DNA from: Oculina patagonica
Lineage: Eukaryota
DNA length: 64,000 nucleotides
Assembly: GCF_052425735.1 (NCBI RefSeq)
Contig: NC_135764.1
Coordinates: 6,634,001-6,698,000, forward strand
Direction: 5' to 3'
Below, piece after piece: positions 45,770 to 59,918 of the stretch. Every line of letters starts with the position of its first letter. The stretch's first letter is position 1. Made by a program: the position numbers and the translations under genes. The notes below the pieces were generated by a model, which saw nothing but the letters and a program-made list of their open reading frames with translations, ran no database searches and was not told where the DNA came from.

Positions 45770-47104
45770 GAGAGTGTTCGTTTTAAATAAAACAAAGATT
45801 TCATGAGATGTGTTCCAATTTTTAACGAAAGAGATCTTTCTTCGAGCGACACAGCCAAAGATGATTCGCTTCCCGCTAAAGGGGGTGTGTGAATCATTTC
45901 AAGTTTTGCCACCCTTTGAGCCCTTACTAAATCAACAGGAAGGCAAGTATTAGTATAATATCCTTTATATGAATAAATGATACGCTTCAGCGTTCTTTTA
46001 AAGCGAGCTTGGATCACGCGAAAAGTAGCTTTAACCAGTCAATCGAGAAAGTTTAATCGCCCTAGGAGTTCTTCAGTCCAGTGAACAAACCAATAGGAAG
46101 CCAAACTGGGTGCTGAAGTTTGATGTTACAATTAGACCGGTTTTTCAATGTCGCATGATTTTCACTAGCTTTACGTGCGTGATAAAATACAGGAAATGTA
46201 TGGACGGCTTGCGTCTGCGGAAAAAGTTGAACCACAATCAACTTTTTCCGCAGACGCGAGTCACGTCCATATATTTACCCTATTTTATTTTACGCACGTA
46301 TGGTCAGTTAAGTTCAGCTCCGTTATCGAAAGTAAAATTACATGTACGCGAGAGTGGAAATCCAGATTTTACCAGATTTTTGAACAGCCAAAATGTATAT
46401 TTGTGTTGCAGGAAACCTCAAAATAATAGTCAATTTTTTTTATTAAAAATTGCTATATTAGACCACTGAAACTGTTAACGAGCATCTTTGGCTGCGGATG
46501 GCTCGGATAGAAACGGATTGCAACTTGAAACGTTAGGCTAAGGTTTTAAGGCTATATCTTCCTTTCGATTATCAAAGATAATGTTTTTATGGGTTTAGTT
46601 GTCTAGCACTAATTTCAGAACAGTTTAGACCAAAAATCTGCGAAATCCCCGTGACATAGCTTCTTTAACACCGAAGGGACAGAGCAAAATGTCCATATTT
46701 TAATATAACACACCGATGACGTTATTTTTATGACCCCTCCTGGCGGGGGTAACTGCCCCCCCCCTGTCCCAAACCCCCTCCCCCCCCGCTAGGTACGGCC
46801 CTGGTTCAATGACTCAAAACAGGCCCCCACGACGTTTACTGTAAATATAAGAATTGTAATTTTAATCTTAGCATAGTTAATTTAAATACACGACCCCACA
46901 AGCTTTTAGCTTTTATTATTATCGCGTCAAAATAAAGTTTTACCTTACCTTACCTTACCTTAAACATCTAAGCATTGAGACACTGTCTTTAAGTAGAGAA
47001 CTACATTGTAAAGCCATTGTACATCTCAGGTATACGAATCACTGTTTTCAAACGAAATGGTCTAAATGATTTAAAGTTGCTAGCTATATATATAGGTTTC
47101 GTTG

Positions 47105-47612
47105 TATTATTTCAGGTAATTCGGTAATTTTCGTTAATTACGAAATCAAAATTTCGCAGAGCAACAGTCTATTATTTGCAAAACAAGGAAAAAATTTCCG
47201 AGTAAAATAAACGACCTTTTCATATAAAGTGAGTTTAACCCGAAAAAGTCAGACCGACGTTTTTCATTAAGGTTACCCAAATTTTAATGAACTCCCAAAT
47301 TTTGTCCATACATGACCGTTCTCGGCTCTTCTGTACATTATTTTAGGTAATTCGGTAATTTTCGTTAATCATATGAGCTCAGTTAATTTAGCGGAGCAAC
47401 AGTCCATTATTTGCAAAACAAGGGCAAAATATCAAACATGGATGATTTTCCGAGTAAAATAAATGCCCTTCTCATATAAAGTGAGATTACCCTGAAAAAA
47501 GTCCGGCCGACGTTTTTCATTAAGCTTACCCAAATTTCAATGCAAACCGTTTTATTCTACTCCCGAATTTTGTCCATACTATGACGGACGTGACCGTTCT
47601 CAGCTCTTCTGT
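47105..47612. repeat. Two-unit tandem duplication (~235-270 bp)
   Basis: AGGTAATTCGGTAATTTTCGTTAAT...GACCGTTCTC is repeated at ~47114 and ~47345. Confidence 0.75.
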
Positions 47613-48065
47613 CCATGTGTTTCTTTTGACTTCTACTGCTTTTTCATACGCGTCAGCAAATTAATGACTAAGCAGTAAAGTAAAATAGAGTATGAACGGC
47701 TTGCTTCTGCGGAAAAAAGTTGAACCAATGTGGATTTCCACTGTCGTGTAATTTTACAGTACGTAATTGGGTGTGAATTTAACTAGCTTTACGTGCGTAG
47801 AATGAAAAATTCTGCGGAAAAAGTTGAACCACATTCAACTTTTTTCCTCATGCAAATATCGCCACATCCATTGAAGAAAGAAATGTGGTTACTAAAGTAT
47901 CACTTCATGACAGTGCAATTTGCTGACGAAAGTACATTCCTAATTAAAGATTATCATGTAAGCGATTGATTCTCTTGTTTCAGTCATTTGTCTTAGTGGT
48001 TCAAAGTGGAGACGTAAGCTATAACTATTTTGTAAGACTGTGCCAAGAAACAAACGGTGATAAGC

Positions 48066-50585
48066 ATGTTTTGGACGCTTCTGATAAGGCTGTCCATGTT
48101 CTGTGCGTTTTTGCCGCTAGTCAAGTCAGAGTCAGTAAGGGTGTCCACAAAGTATGGGGACATCGAAGGTCTGGTGGCATCGATATCGTCCCCTTTTGCC
48201 TCCGGTCCGTTCAAGTCTGTCAGCAAGTTTCTTGGCGTTCCTTTCGCCGCTCCACCGATTGGAGAGCTCAGACTAAAGCCCCCACAACCGCCAATGGCGT
48301 GGAAACCGGACGTTCGCCAAGCGAAAAAGCATGGGAACATTTGCATTCAGAACAAAATCTATGATTTCTACTTCAAAAGCTACGTCCAGAATTTCACGTA
48401 TAGCGAGGATTGCTTGTATCTCGACGTCTACAGCCCGAACGTCAACTTGAGTTTACCCGTGATGGTTTATATTCACGGTGGATCTTACGAAACCGGCACT
48501 GCACTTTCATTTCCCAGCGACTATTTAGCTTTACACGGGTTGGTAGCGGTTGTCATCCAATATCGTCTCGGTCCATTTGGTTTCTTGACGACCGGGGATT
48601 CTGCAGCCCCTGGGAACTTTGGAATGTTGGATCAGGTTCAAGCGCTAATGTGGGTTAAAGAAAACATTGAACATTTCGGCGGGGACCCCAGCAAGGTGAC
48701 CATATTTGGAGAAAGTGCTGGCGCAACCAGTGTAACACTTCATTTGCTGTCGCCTCTATCGGAGGGCCTCTTCCACCAAGTCATTGCAGAGAGCGGTGTA
48801 GATTTGACCCCCTTTGCTATTCAGCCCGTTTCTTATGGCCTTCGTTTCGCCAAAGAGCTCGCTAAAAAGCTGGGTTGTACAACAAGTGACCACGAGGCAA
48901 TGGTCGCCTGCATACGGGGAAAGAGAGAGGCGGACATACAGGAAGCCTCCGACTCAATAAACTATCGCTTCTATGATTATCTGCGCTGGGCGCCAGTTGT
49001 GGACAAACACTTTCTTCTTGACACGCCCCGGAATCTGCGAAACAAAGGAGATTTCAAGAAAGTGAAGTTGATGATCAGTTTCAACAGTCAGGAGGGTGGT
49101 GCTTCTCTTGGGTTTATGGCAAACTCGTCTTTTAGGATGGCGGCAAGTGTGGACGATGGAGCAAGTCCATCATTTTTCAAAGAATTTGTAACAAAGCTTG
49201 CTCACGCTCGAAACAGCAGGTATGTTGCGATTTTGTTGTCATTTGAATTATGAAATGTAATCGTTTACCTCCAAACCCGGAAAAAATGACGTACAGCGTG
49301 TACAAGTGTGAAGTATTTGTGATTTTCTTTTTTTTAAATAAATGTTTTTGTTGGTATGTATTAAAATGTTAGAAAGTTAAAGCTACAAACCCGGTCAAAA
49401 CCTGTTGAGGCAAATTGTGCTTTTATAATTTGTTTGCTACGATTACCGCAATGTCAATACCTCACATGATAACAGCACCCCCCCCCCCCCTCCCCCCTTC
49501 CGCCCGCAATCGATGTTGTTGTTCCTTTTTGCTAAAATATGTTTGGCGAGAAAACGTTTCGCAAAAACCAACATTGAACAGGGGAGGGGGGAGGAAAGGT
49601 ACAATGAATTGGCGAACAATGAAATGAAGTGTATGTAACCTTTTGTTAAGTGTCTCAACAGTTTTGGTCGGGATTGTAGACTACTTTATTAATATGAGCA
49701 TGTTTTGAGACAGTTATCGAAATGAGACTTTTTCATTGTCGACGTTGTATATACATTTGTTTGTCGCATCAATTTTAGTCCCCTCTCAAGATGTTCACTC
49801 ACATCGTGCTCACAGACAATTTACTGAATGCAAAATAATAAGGATGCACAACCCTAGTACATAATATAGTAGAGGTAAAAACTTATTTCTTATACCTATT
49901 GAACAAAAAAGGATCAACTATGAGGGGAACAGTTTACAACAAATCACTTCGTTTCCCGTTCTTTAGGAAGAAAACCGCCGATCTCATCGCGGACGCGTTG
50001 GAGTTCATGTACATCCCATGGCCTGACAACAGTGATAAATACGCACTAAGAAGTCAACTTGTGGACCTCATCGGTGATTACATCTACTTTGCACCAAGTC
50101 ACGAGGTCGCCGACATTCACAGCCAAGTCGCTCCGGTGTACATGTACGAGTTCGCCCATCGGCCGAAAAACGCCAGCATTAACCCTGAGTGGATGGGTGT
50201 GGTTCATTTCCAAAACGTGCCATTTGATTTTGGAGACCCACTTTATTTTCCCAATTATGACGCGGCCGACAGAAACGTCAGTTTGTTTATCATGGCAGTA
50301 TACGCAAACTTCGCTAGAACCGGTGATCCAACACCACAGCCAGTCAGCGGTGTTACGTGGGAGAGGTACAACTCCAGTCACAGAGCTTACTTGCGAGTTG
50401 AGGCTCATTCCAAGATGGCGGCGGCGTTTGCTCCTCGGCGAATGGCTTTCTGGAATGATTACCATCCTAAACTGGTGCAAGTGAAGTTTGAAACCAAAAC
50501 AGATGTGCCCAGTGGTAATAGCGCAGGTGTTGCTATGGCAATGTTATATCACATTGCACTTGTCGTCATTTTGATGGTGTTCTGA
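48066..50585 (+). CDS. Carboxylesterase type B copy 6 (exons 48066-49219, 49967-50585)
   Basis: GESAG, NSQEG, GVVHFQ, intact. Confidence 0.9.
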
Positions 50586-52240
50586 GATGTAGCTGTATGA
50601 CGTCAATACGGGCTCACTTTGGTGCAGTGACTTGTTTAGGCATAAATATAACAAGGCATAAACAGCACGATGTAATAAAATTTTCTTAACAGCGTTTTAT
50701 CGGCAGTTGATGTAAGAAGTATTCGAAGTAAGGCTTTTTTAATGAATGTAACGTAAAGATTGGAGCAGGAAGTGTTGTTATTGATAAATAAATTTTCGCT
50801 CAAGATGCTTTGGCAAATATCCACTGCATTAAGAAACGGGGTATTGGTTTCCAAATATAAGCATTCACTACCGTGTAATACCACCGATGGGGTGAGTGAA
50901 AAATGCTCATACAGGAAGGCTCAGTCCCAGGGTCTAAACCATTACCCTTTCGTATAATTACCATTCTAAACGGAAAAGGTACGGTAACCATTTTTAATAC
51001 CTTCGATGGAAGATGGTATGCGTTTCTCAAAGCTACAGAAGGGATACTGCGCCACTTTTCTGTATTTCATTTTAATAACCCCTTAAAAACTTAAATGAAT
51101 CTGCCTTTCTGGTCGAGATATGTTGAAAGATCCTTTTTATGGTAGACTTTCTCAAAGCCCGGTTTTAGTAGGACGTCGTCGCTTATTTATCGCGACTTCG
51201 TCGCTCAAAAGAGTCGACTTGTGGCAAGTCTATTTTTACCCTTTTGTATAATGCAAAACGTAAAATCACTACCTCTGTTATACTTTCACCGAAGGGACAG
51301 AGCAACGTGTCCGTATTAGAGAGGTGTCCGTATTATAGAGGTATATACTATAACGTAACTATACGCCTAAAATGAGGCCAACACTCGTCGTTTAGCTACA
51401 TCTAAATTGATTATTATGCTGCATTGAGCCACACTGTCCCAGAGATTTTAACCCTCTGAGATGAACAACCCTCTGAGATAGTCGCGGCCACGAGCGCGGA
51501 AGGTGCGAGCATCTAGGGAGTCCGTGGGCATGCATCCCCTTAAACAAATTTAAAAATATAGGCATCTAAGATGCCATTTTCTGTATTTTGAGATCATAGT
51601 GGAAATTTACCATCTGTAAACCATACAAAACCAAGCAAAACCACGAACAAACGCAATTGTCGCACGAAGTCGAGGTAATCCATTGCATTACCGCGTCCAA
51701 AAAACCGCGGGTTTATGCTAGGTTGATAGAGAGGATCCGCATTATAGAGATTTGTTATAAAGAAAATATGTGACAATTTTGTCGGAACATCAGAAATTGT
51801 CCGTAATAGAGAGGTGTCCGTACGAAGAGGTTCGACTGTACCTACACTCTGTAAAAGGTAGCCCTTTCTGGAGGAACTTCCCCGTATCGTGCACTGTAGA
51901 GAGTACCCCGGGGGGGAATATCAAACATACATATTTCTTTCTTGGTAATTATAAGATTTAACAATCAGGACTGTTGTTTTATATACACAAGGCGACCTCT
52001 TTTCAAGGCATTTCGATCATGTGACAACAATTTGGAATAATCGAGCAAATGATGAATCGCGCCCGAAAGTAACGACAGTCACTGGCATCACGAATGAATA
52101 AATGAAAAACTTTATTAGAGTGTCAAAACTACATAGCTAGGGGAGAATCCCCTACTACCTTGGGAACACATGATTAAAAAATACAATAAGTGACGATTAA
52201 TAATATTTAAAACTGTGTAAAATATCAATAGCAATATTAA

Positions 52241-53253
52241 CCCTTTAAGTCCTAACAACGCATTTGTGCGTGGAAAATACCAGCAGTGATTGAAAAAGCT
52301 CTAACTTTTACATATCTGGGCACATGATAGTAATGACTGCTTTTTATGGCAAAGTGATAATTTTCATAGCTTCAAAGCCAACTAACTGACTAAAACTCTT
52401 GATTTCTGTTGCATATGGTTGTTTGTTCAGCAGCAAATCTGAAAATGCCCGTTTTCTACGTAACAGGACAACAACAAAAAACACACATCTTTGCCTCCAT
52501 TTTTTTAATGAAAAAATAATTCTGACTTCAAAAATATACATTTGCAGCAAACTTTGACCCTATTCCCTTCCGTTCACCAAGGAAATTTCCCATCAATCAT
52601 TCAGCAGACTCAGCAATTACTATTCGATTAGAGCTATGCTTGCAAACCTGTAATTTCCTCGTTGCTGACCGAAAGGGATGCTTGGGATAAACAGTCATGG
52701 CGGCGGCATGAAAGGCTTCCTACCTTTATTCCATATAGTTTTTATAAGTGTCGAGCCACCCAATCCTGCCGGCAAAATGTTGCACCGATTGCATTCTTTG
52801 GAAGTCAGAACTCGTCCAAAATGCCTTGGCAGGTCTTGGAATCCACCCACAGAACGGCCAGAGAGACAACTTTACCAATGAACCGCCATCTTTCGATTCG
52901 AATATTTCTGGCGTTCCAATCAAGACAAAATCATCTCTCACCTCTGGTTTCTTTCAGATGCTGGCCTCTACCCACCATTCTAGCTTAATGATGCCAGCCT
53001 GCGGGCTTCTGCAGTGGAAAATGACTCGAAAAAACACTTATAAACGAAATATTCGCCAGATTCGAGCCCTTATGCTCACTCGCCAAGAAAGAAACGGTTG
53101 AATGCTGACGTCACAATGAAACTTTGAGCCCTCAGTGTTTTGAAACAGCACACATTTTTACTTGAGCTTCTTATATGCAATCACGAAATTCGACAGATTA
53201 GTTTAAGCCCAGAAAACTGCTTAAAAAATACCAGAACCTTAGGATTCTAAGGG
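52241..53253. mobile_element. piggyBac-like non-autonomous element
   Basis: TTAA|CCCTTTAAGTCCTAA...TTAGGATTCTAAGGG|TTAA, related to 39289-39688. Confidence 0.72.
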
Positions 53254-53509
53254 TTAAAATCTAAAATTAATCATCCCCCGGAAAGCATGATTTTCCTCGA
53301 GAAGGCGGCGTAAATTGAGCCTATATAAAATATGTATGTGAATATATCAAGTTCACACGTATTAAGCGTCTTATGAGAAGAAATATTTTTTTTAAGAGCC
53401 TGATCCTGCTTGATGGAAGGTTACACGGCCTTATATGCGGACACGCATAATGAGCCTTCGGCAAGCAAGCATGCCAGCCAGCCAATCAACCAGCCAGCCA
53501 GTCAGTCAG

Positions 53510-56171
53510 TCAGTCAGTAACATGGGAAGGGCTTGCCAAAATAGCGACGAGTACAGTCTGTAGAAATATTGCCATAACAGCACAAGCGCTAGCACCGCTG
53601 ACCACTTCATCCTTGGTATCAAATTTCACTTGCGTCAGTTTTGGATGGTAATCATTCCAGAAAGCCATTCGGCGAGGAGCAAACGCCGCCGCCATCTTGG
53701 GTTGCGCTTGAACTCGCAATGATGCTCTATGACTGGCGTTATATCTCTCCCACGTAACACCGCTGACTGGCTGCGGGGTTGGATCGCCGGTCCTAGCAAA
53801 GTTTGCATACACTTCCATGATAAACAAACTGACGCTTTTGTCAACCGCGGTATATCCAAAAGTAATACTTGGCAGCAGCGGGATTCCAAAGTCGTAGGGT
53901 ACGTTATCACCGTGGACCACACCCATCCACTTGGCCCCCAGGGTAACGTTTGAGGGATGAGCGAACTCGTACATGTACACCGGCGAATGTTGACTGTGGA
54001 TATCGGCGACCTCATAACTTGGTGCAACGAATAGATAATCACCAATAAGGTCCACAAGTTGGCTTCTTAGTGCGTATTTATCACTGTTGTCAGGCCATGG
54101 GGTGTACATGAACTCCAACGCATCCGCAATGAGGTCAGCGTTCTCTTTGCTAAAAATTACAACGGTCAAAATACGCTGTTAGTTATTGCAATTGAGTTTG
54201 ACGCCACAACAGAGATAAAACACGAAGAACGTATTATAAGTGCCTTTTTAATAGGGAGTGGGTGGGACCGAATGCCCTTTACTAGGCGTACCTACAAAGC
54301 ATTGGAAGTCATTGATGATCACCTTGCAAAGTCTATGCATCAACTGTTGTTGTAAAGCTGTAAACTCTATCAATAAGCACTGGGCTTGTTTTGCTTAGTT
54401 TTGTATACAGTAGAACCCCGGTAACTCGAACTCGGATAACTCGAACAACCCCGTTAACTCGAACAAACTTCCATTTCCCTTGGATTTGACCCCACTTTTC
54501 AGTCCTTTTTACTCGGTTTAATAACTCGAACTCGGATAACTCGAAAACCTCGTTAACTCGAACTAAATTTCGTTTCCCCTGAACAAAATTTGGGTCAAAT
54601 TTACCCCGATAACTCGAATTCCCGTTCTTGCAAGACGCCACGCGGTTGCCCATTGATTAGAGCAACGAACAGATCACGTATTTGACACCCATTTTCCACT
54701 CTTATCATTAGAATGTATGGCCGTGTTAGAGTTTCTGGCAAAATAAGTTCAATTTGCACTGTACTGTATACTGTAGTGCTGAAAAATCAGTAAACTATCA
54801 ATTATTAACTTGGCAAATTAAGTGTTCAATCGACCCCGATAACTCGAAACCCCGCTAACTCGAACTGTTTTTCGTTTCCCTTCAGAGTTCGAGTTACCGG
54901 GGTTCTACTGTAGTTATGTTTAGAGTGCTTTGTGAAAACACTCTAAACATAACTATACAAAACTTAAAGTGTGAAATCAGCTTGAGTTTTAAATTATTTT
55001 AATCACATAGCAAAGTGAGTGTAAATGTTACTAACCGGCTGTTACGAGCATGAGCAAGCCTTGTAATAAATTCTTTGAAAAAGGATGGACTTGTTCCGTT
55101 GTCCACGCTCTCAGTCAACTCAAACGAGTTACCCATCAGACTAAGAAGTGTTGCACCCTCCTGACTGTTGAAACTTATCATCAACTTAGCTTTCTTGAAA
55201 TTTCCTTTTTCTCGTAGATTCCGGGGGTTGTCGTGGAGAAAGTTTTCATCGACAACTGGTGTCCACAGAGGATGATTGAAGAAACGAAATGTTATTGACT
55301 CGGCCGCCTTCTGTACATCCTGGTCTGTTTTCTCGCGTATGCAGGCAATCATTGCGCTGTGGTCGCTTGTTGTGCAGTCTAGTTTGTTTGCAAGCTCTTT
55401 GGCGTGACGCAGTCCCGATGAAATCGGCTGAATCGCAAAGGGACACAACTCCACTCCGCTCTCTGCAATAACTTGGTGGAAGAGGCCCTCCGATAGAGGT
55501 GATAGAAGATGTAGGCCTACACTTGATCCACCAGCACTTTCTCCAAATATGGTCACCTTGTTGGGATTCCCGCCAAAATGTTCAATGTTTTCTTTGATCC
55601 ACTTGAGTGCTTCGACTTGATCCAACATTCCAAAATTCCCTGGGGCTGCAGAATCCCCGGTCGTCAAGAAACCAAATGGACCGAGACGATATTGGATCAC
55701 AACTGCTACCACGCCGTGTAAAGCCAAATAATCACTGGGAAGTGCAAGTGCTGCGCCGGCCTCGTAGCCTCCGCCATGTATATAAACCATCACGGGTGAA
55801 CTCAAGGTGACGTTCGGGCTGTAAACGTCGAGATACAAGCAATCCTCGCTATAAGTAAAATTCTGGACGTAGTTTTTGAAATAGTAATCATAGATTCTGT
55901 TTTGCATGCAAATGTTTCCATGCTTTGTCGCTTGCCGCACGTTTGTCCACGCCACTGGCGGTTGTGGTGGTTTTAGTCTGAGCTCTCCAGTCGGCGGAGC
56001 GGCGAAAGGAACGCCAAGGAATTTGCTGACATACTTGAACGGACCGGAGGCATTCGGGTAGGATGCCACGAGACCTTCGATCTCTCCATACTTTGTGGAC
56101 ACTATCACTGAGGTCACGACAGGCAAAAAGGCCCAGAGTATGTAAAACCTCTTTAGTAGTGTCAAAAACAT
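53510..56171 (-). CDS. Carboxylesterase type B copy 7 (exons 56171-55036, 54149-53510)
   Basis: HGGG, GESAG, NSQEG, GVVHGD, intact. Confidence 0.9.
54408..54910. mobile_element. Tc1/mariner (pogo-like) MITE in intron of copy 7
   Basis: TIR CAGTAGAACCCCGGTAACTCGAAC, TA flanks, many internal TAACTCGAA repeats. Confidence 0.9.
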
Positions 56172-56744
56172 GGTTCTCTATAACTTCTTTACACGAATTC
56201 TTTTCTTTGGGCTCCTTTTCCGCTCAAACTTATTGTCGGACACGTTTGTGTGTTCGTCAAATGCTGACGTGCTGTATGTCACGTGCATGGTGGGCCCTGC
56301 CTATCAAATATCACGTCTCAGCCCGGAAAGTGTTTTTTTGTGTCATGATTATAATCACGTTATCATGTTTTTTCTTTTTAATTTTTGCGGAAATATTGTT
56401 TCATATATTATATAAAACGCATTGTAAATAAAATGCTGACTTCGTTGTCGGGGGGAATTGTGTGTCCACGTCACGTCGATTACAGACGATTATTTATGGT
56501 TGACCGCTTTGTCTAATCAGTGCATGATAAGTAGTAATAATATGCCTTAGCATGGTAATATCTTATGCCTTTTATCGATCCTGGTCACGCAATAAGTAAC
56601 GACACGAAAGGAAGAGTTAAGGCTAGTTCTAGCCTGCGTAGCTGGCGGTATTGTTGGGTTTTGCGCCCCCGGGCCCGGCCACCTTTCGAACAACAAGAGC
56701 CATACGAAAGCAAGTCTAAACACGCATTCTTAAGTTAGAAAACC

Positions 56745-59390
56745 ATGATTGTGAATCTTCAAATCGGGTTGATAATAATCTTTTCATTTCTGTCTTTGGT
56801 CACGCCAGTATCAGTAACAGTGTCAACAAAGTATGGAGACATCGAAGGTCTTGTGGTTCAATACCCGAATGTCCATACCTCGTTCAAGTCTGTTAACAAG
56901 TTTCTTGGGGTTCCTTTCGCCACTCCGCCGATTGAAAAGCTCAGACTAAAACCACCACAACCGCCAAGAGAGTGGAAACCGAAAGTTCGCCCGGCAAAAG
57001 AGCATAGAGACAGTTGCTTCCAACCTAAACGCTTTGAATTTTATTTCAAACGATACACGGCTTCCGCTTATAATTTCTCGTATAGCGAGGATTGCTTGTA
57101 TCTCGACGTCTACTCCCCGAATGTCACCTTGCGTTTACCCGTGATGGTTTATATTCACGGTGGAGCTTACGACGGCGGTACAGCAGTCACATTTAACAGC
57201 GATATTTTGGCTCTGCACGGTGTGGTGGTTGTTGTCATTCAGTATCGTCTCGGTTCATTTGGTTTCTTGACGACCGGGGATTCTGCAGCCCCTGGAAATC
57301 TTGGAATGTTGGATCAAGTCGAAGCACTAAAGTGGATAAAAGAAAACATTGAACATTTTGGCGGGGACCCCAACAAGGTGACCATATTTGGAGAAAGTGC
57401 TGGTGGATCCAGTGTAGGCCTACATCTTTTGTCGCCTCTATCGGAGAGACTATTTCACCAAGCCATTGCAGAGAGTGGGATAGATTTAAGCCCTTTTGCG
57501 ATACAGCCAGTTTCTTCTGGCCTCCGTTTTGCTAAAGAGCTTGCTCAGAAGTTAAACTGTGCAACGAGCGACCACAGCGTAATGATCACCTGTCTACGCG
57601 AGAAAAAAGCCACAGACATACAAAGAGCCTCCGAATCAATACGCAATCGTTTCACCGATTATTTTCCGTGGGAACCTGTTGTAGACAACAACTTCCTCCA
57701 TGACACGCCCCGGAATCTTCGATCGCAAGGAAAGTTCAAGAAAGTAAAATTGATGATCAGTTTTAACAGTAACGAAGGTGGCACCTTTCTTGGTTTTATG
57801 GTGAACTCGACTTTTGGATTATCAGAAAGCGTGGACAACGGAGTGAGCCGGTCTGTTTTCAAGACTTTCTTACGAAAACTGGCCCATGCTCGAAACAACG
57901 AGTAAGTATACATTTCAGTTCGTTCGCGATATGCATTCAGGAATCATTGAGAAAATATTCAAGGAGAAAAAAATAAGAACACTAATACATACAAGTGATG
58001 AAGCTTGGTAGAGTTTCGATAGGCCAACAGTTTTTAAGGTAATTCCCTAGAAATAGAACTGATCATAGATTTCCAACCAAACTTTGCCAGTTGGTTGTTT
58101 ACCTTAAGGGAAGTTAAAATTTGAAATAAAAAAGGGGGGTCTCTGTATTCGTTTAGGAGCAGGAAGACCTTCATTTACCATACAATTCCTTATATTTCCT
58201 TTGCGAGTACTGCTGAAAGTACGACGTTTTCGGTGATAATGGATTATTCTGCCATAGAAATTGATCTGTATTCATTTTATAGAAAGAATTTGATAGCTTT
58301 TTTCGAACTAAGAGAAAAAAATGATAGGTCACCGAACTCGTTTACGAGAAAACGATGATTTCTCTCTCTCGCGAGCCAAGCCGCATAGAAAAAAGCCACC
58401 ATTTTGTTTATGTGCGCGCGCTTATTTCGCGTAAAATTCTGCGCAGTAAGGATGCGCAATGCAATACTTAGGAATCACCTTAAAGACAACAGCGACAACC
58501 AGTCAACAGCTCGCGTTCAGGGGAATATTTAGGGTACGTCGGCGAGGGGGGCTTGTTACCCATTTCTCCTTAGAAACTTAAAAATCCTCCTAAACCTTAT
58601 AATGACAATATTTTTTCGGATAGAATTTATATTTTAGGCGAAGGAATGCCATATGGTGCGGGGTTGCACTCTCGTCTCAAAAACAACACTTCTCCCTCCT
58701 TGTTTAGTTTGTTGTTCTGTATAAAATATCAGAAATACATTCTTCTGGCTTTATTCCTTCAGTGAAAAAACCGCCGACCTCATCGCAGACGCGTTGGAGT
58801 TCACGTATACCCCGTGGCCTGACAACAGTGATAAATACGCACTAAGAAGCCAACTTGTGGACCTCATCGGTGATTATCTGTTCGTTGCCCCAATTCACGA
58901 GGTCGCTGATTTTCACAGCCAGCATGCCCCTGTGTACATGTACGAGTTCGCTCACCGTTCCAAGAAGGCCAGTATTTACCCTGAGTGGATGGGTGTGCCC
59001 CATTTTGAAAACGTGCTCTACGACTTTGGAGTGCCGCTCTTCCCTGGTCTTTCCTCTAATTATGACACAGCCGACAGGAACGTCAGTTTGTTTATCATGG
59101 AAGCGAACGCAAACTTCGTCAAGTTCGGTGATCCAACACCACAGCCAGTCAGCGGTGTTACGTGGGAGAGGTACAACGCTAGCCACAGAGCATATCTGCG
59201 AGTTGACCCCAATCCCAAGATGGCGGCGGCGTTTGCTCCTCGGCGAATGGCTTTCTGGAATGATTACCATCTTAAACTCGTTCAAGTGAATTTTGAAACC
59301 AAGAAAGATGTGGTCAGCGGTACTAGCGCCGGTGTTGCCATGGCAATGTTTTATCATATTGCAATTGCTGTCGTTTTGATGATGTTCTGA
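56745..59390 (+). CDS. Carboxylesterase type B copy 8 (exons 56745-57901, 58763-59390)
   Basis: GESAG, NSNEG, GVPHFE, intact. Head-to-head with copy 7 across ~570 bp. Confidence 0.9.
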
Positions 59391-59696
59391 AATTTAGTTG
59401 TACGACGTCGTTATGGTGCAGTGACTTTCTAACGCAGAAATATAACATCCCATGAAACACCTGGAGCAATTAGATTCAAGTCAGCGTTATATTTTCAATG
59501 TCCTATTCCAAAATAGGACATTTTTTTAACTGAAGGATGTAACGTATTGATTGAAGCAGTAAACGTTGTTAATTATATGCTCGAGATGCTTTTGCAATGA
59601 ATGAATGACTTAGTTAATTAACCTAACCTATCAATTTATTAACGTCAATGGCAAATTTCAGTTGAATTTATCTACATGACAATGCCTTGAGAAAGA

Positions 59697-59918
59697 GTTA
59701 GCGGTGTTACGTGGGAGAGGTACAACTCCAGTCACAGAGCTTCCCTGCGTGTCGATGCACAACCCAAGTTTGCGGCGGCTTTTGCTGCTCACAGAATGGC
59801 TTTCTGGAATGATTATCATCTTAAACTAACGCAAGTGAAATTTGATACCAACGAGGATATGGTCAGCGGAGTTATCGCCGGTATTGCTTTGGCAATTATT
59901 TTTCAGATTGTACTCGCC
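59697..59918 (+). pseudogene. Orphan fragment of esterase exon-2 3' end
   Basis: Encodes VSGVTWERYNSSHRASLRVDAQPKFAAAFAAHRMAFWNDYHLK..., with no upstream exon. Confidence 0.8.

Noticed and set aside
52662-53101. ORFs inside the piggyBac-like element as transposase
   Set aside because: They are short and mutually overlapping, with no recognisable DDD motifs.
54408-54910. CRISPR-like arrays (TAACTCGAA here; CCGCTTACG at 32620-33142)
   Set aside because: Spacing is irregular, the repeats are enclosed by TIRs with TA TSDs, there are no cas genes and the context is eukaryotic. They are MITE subterminal repeats.
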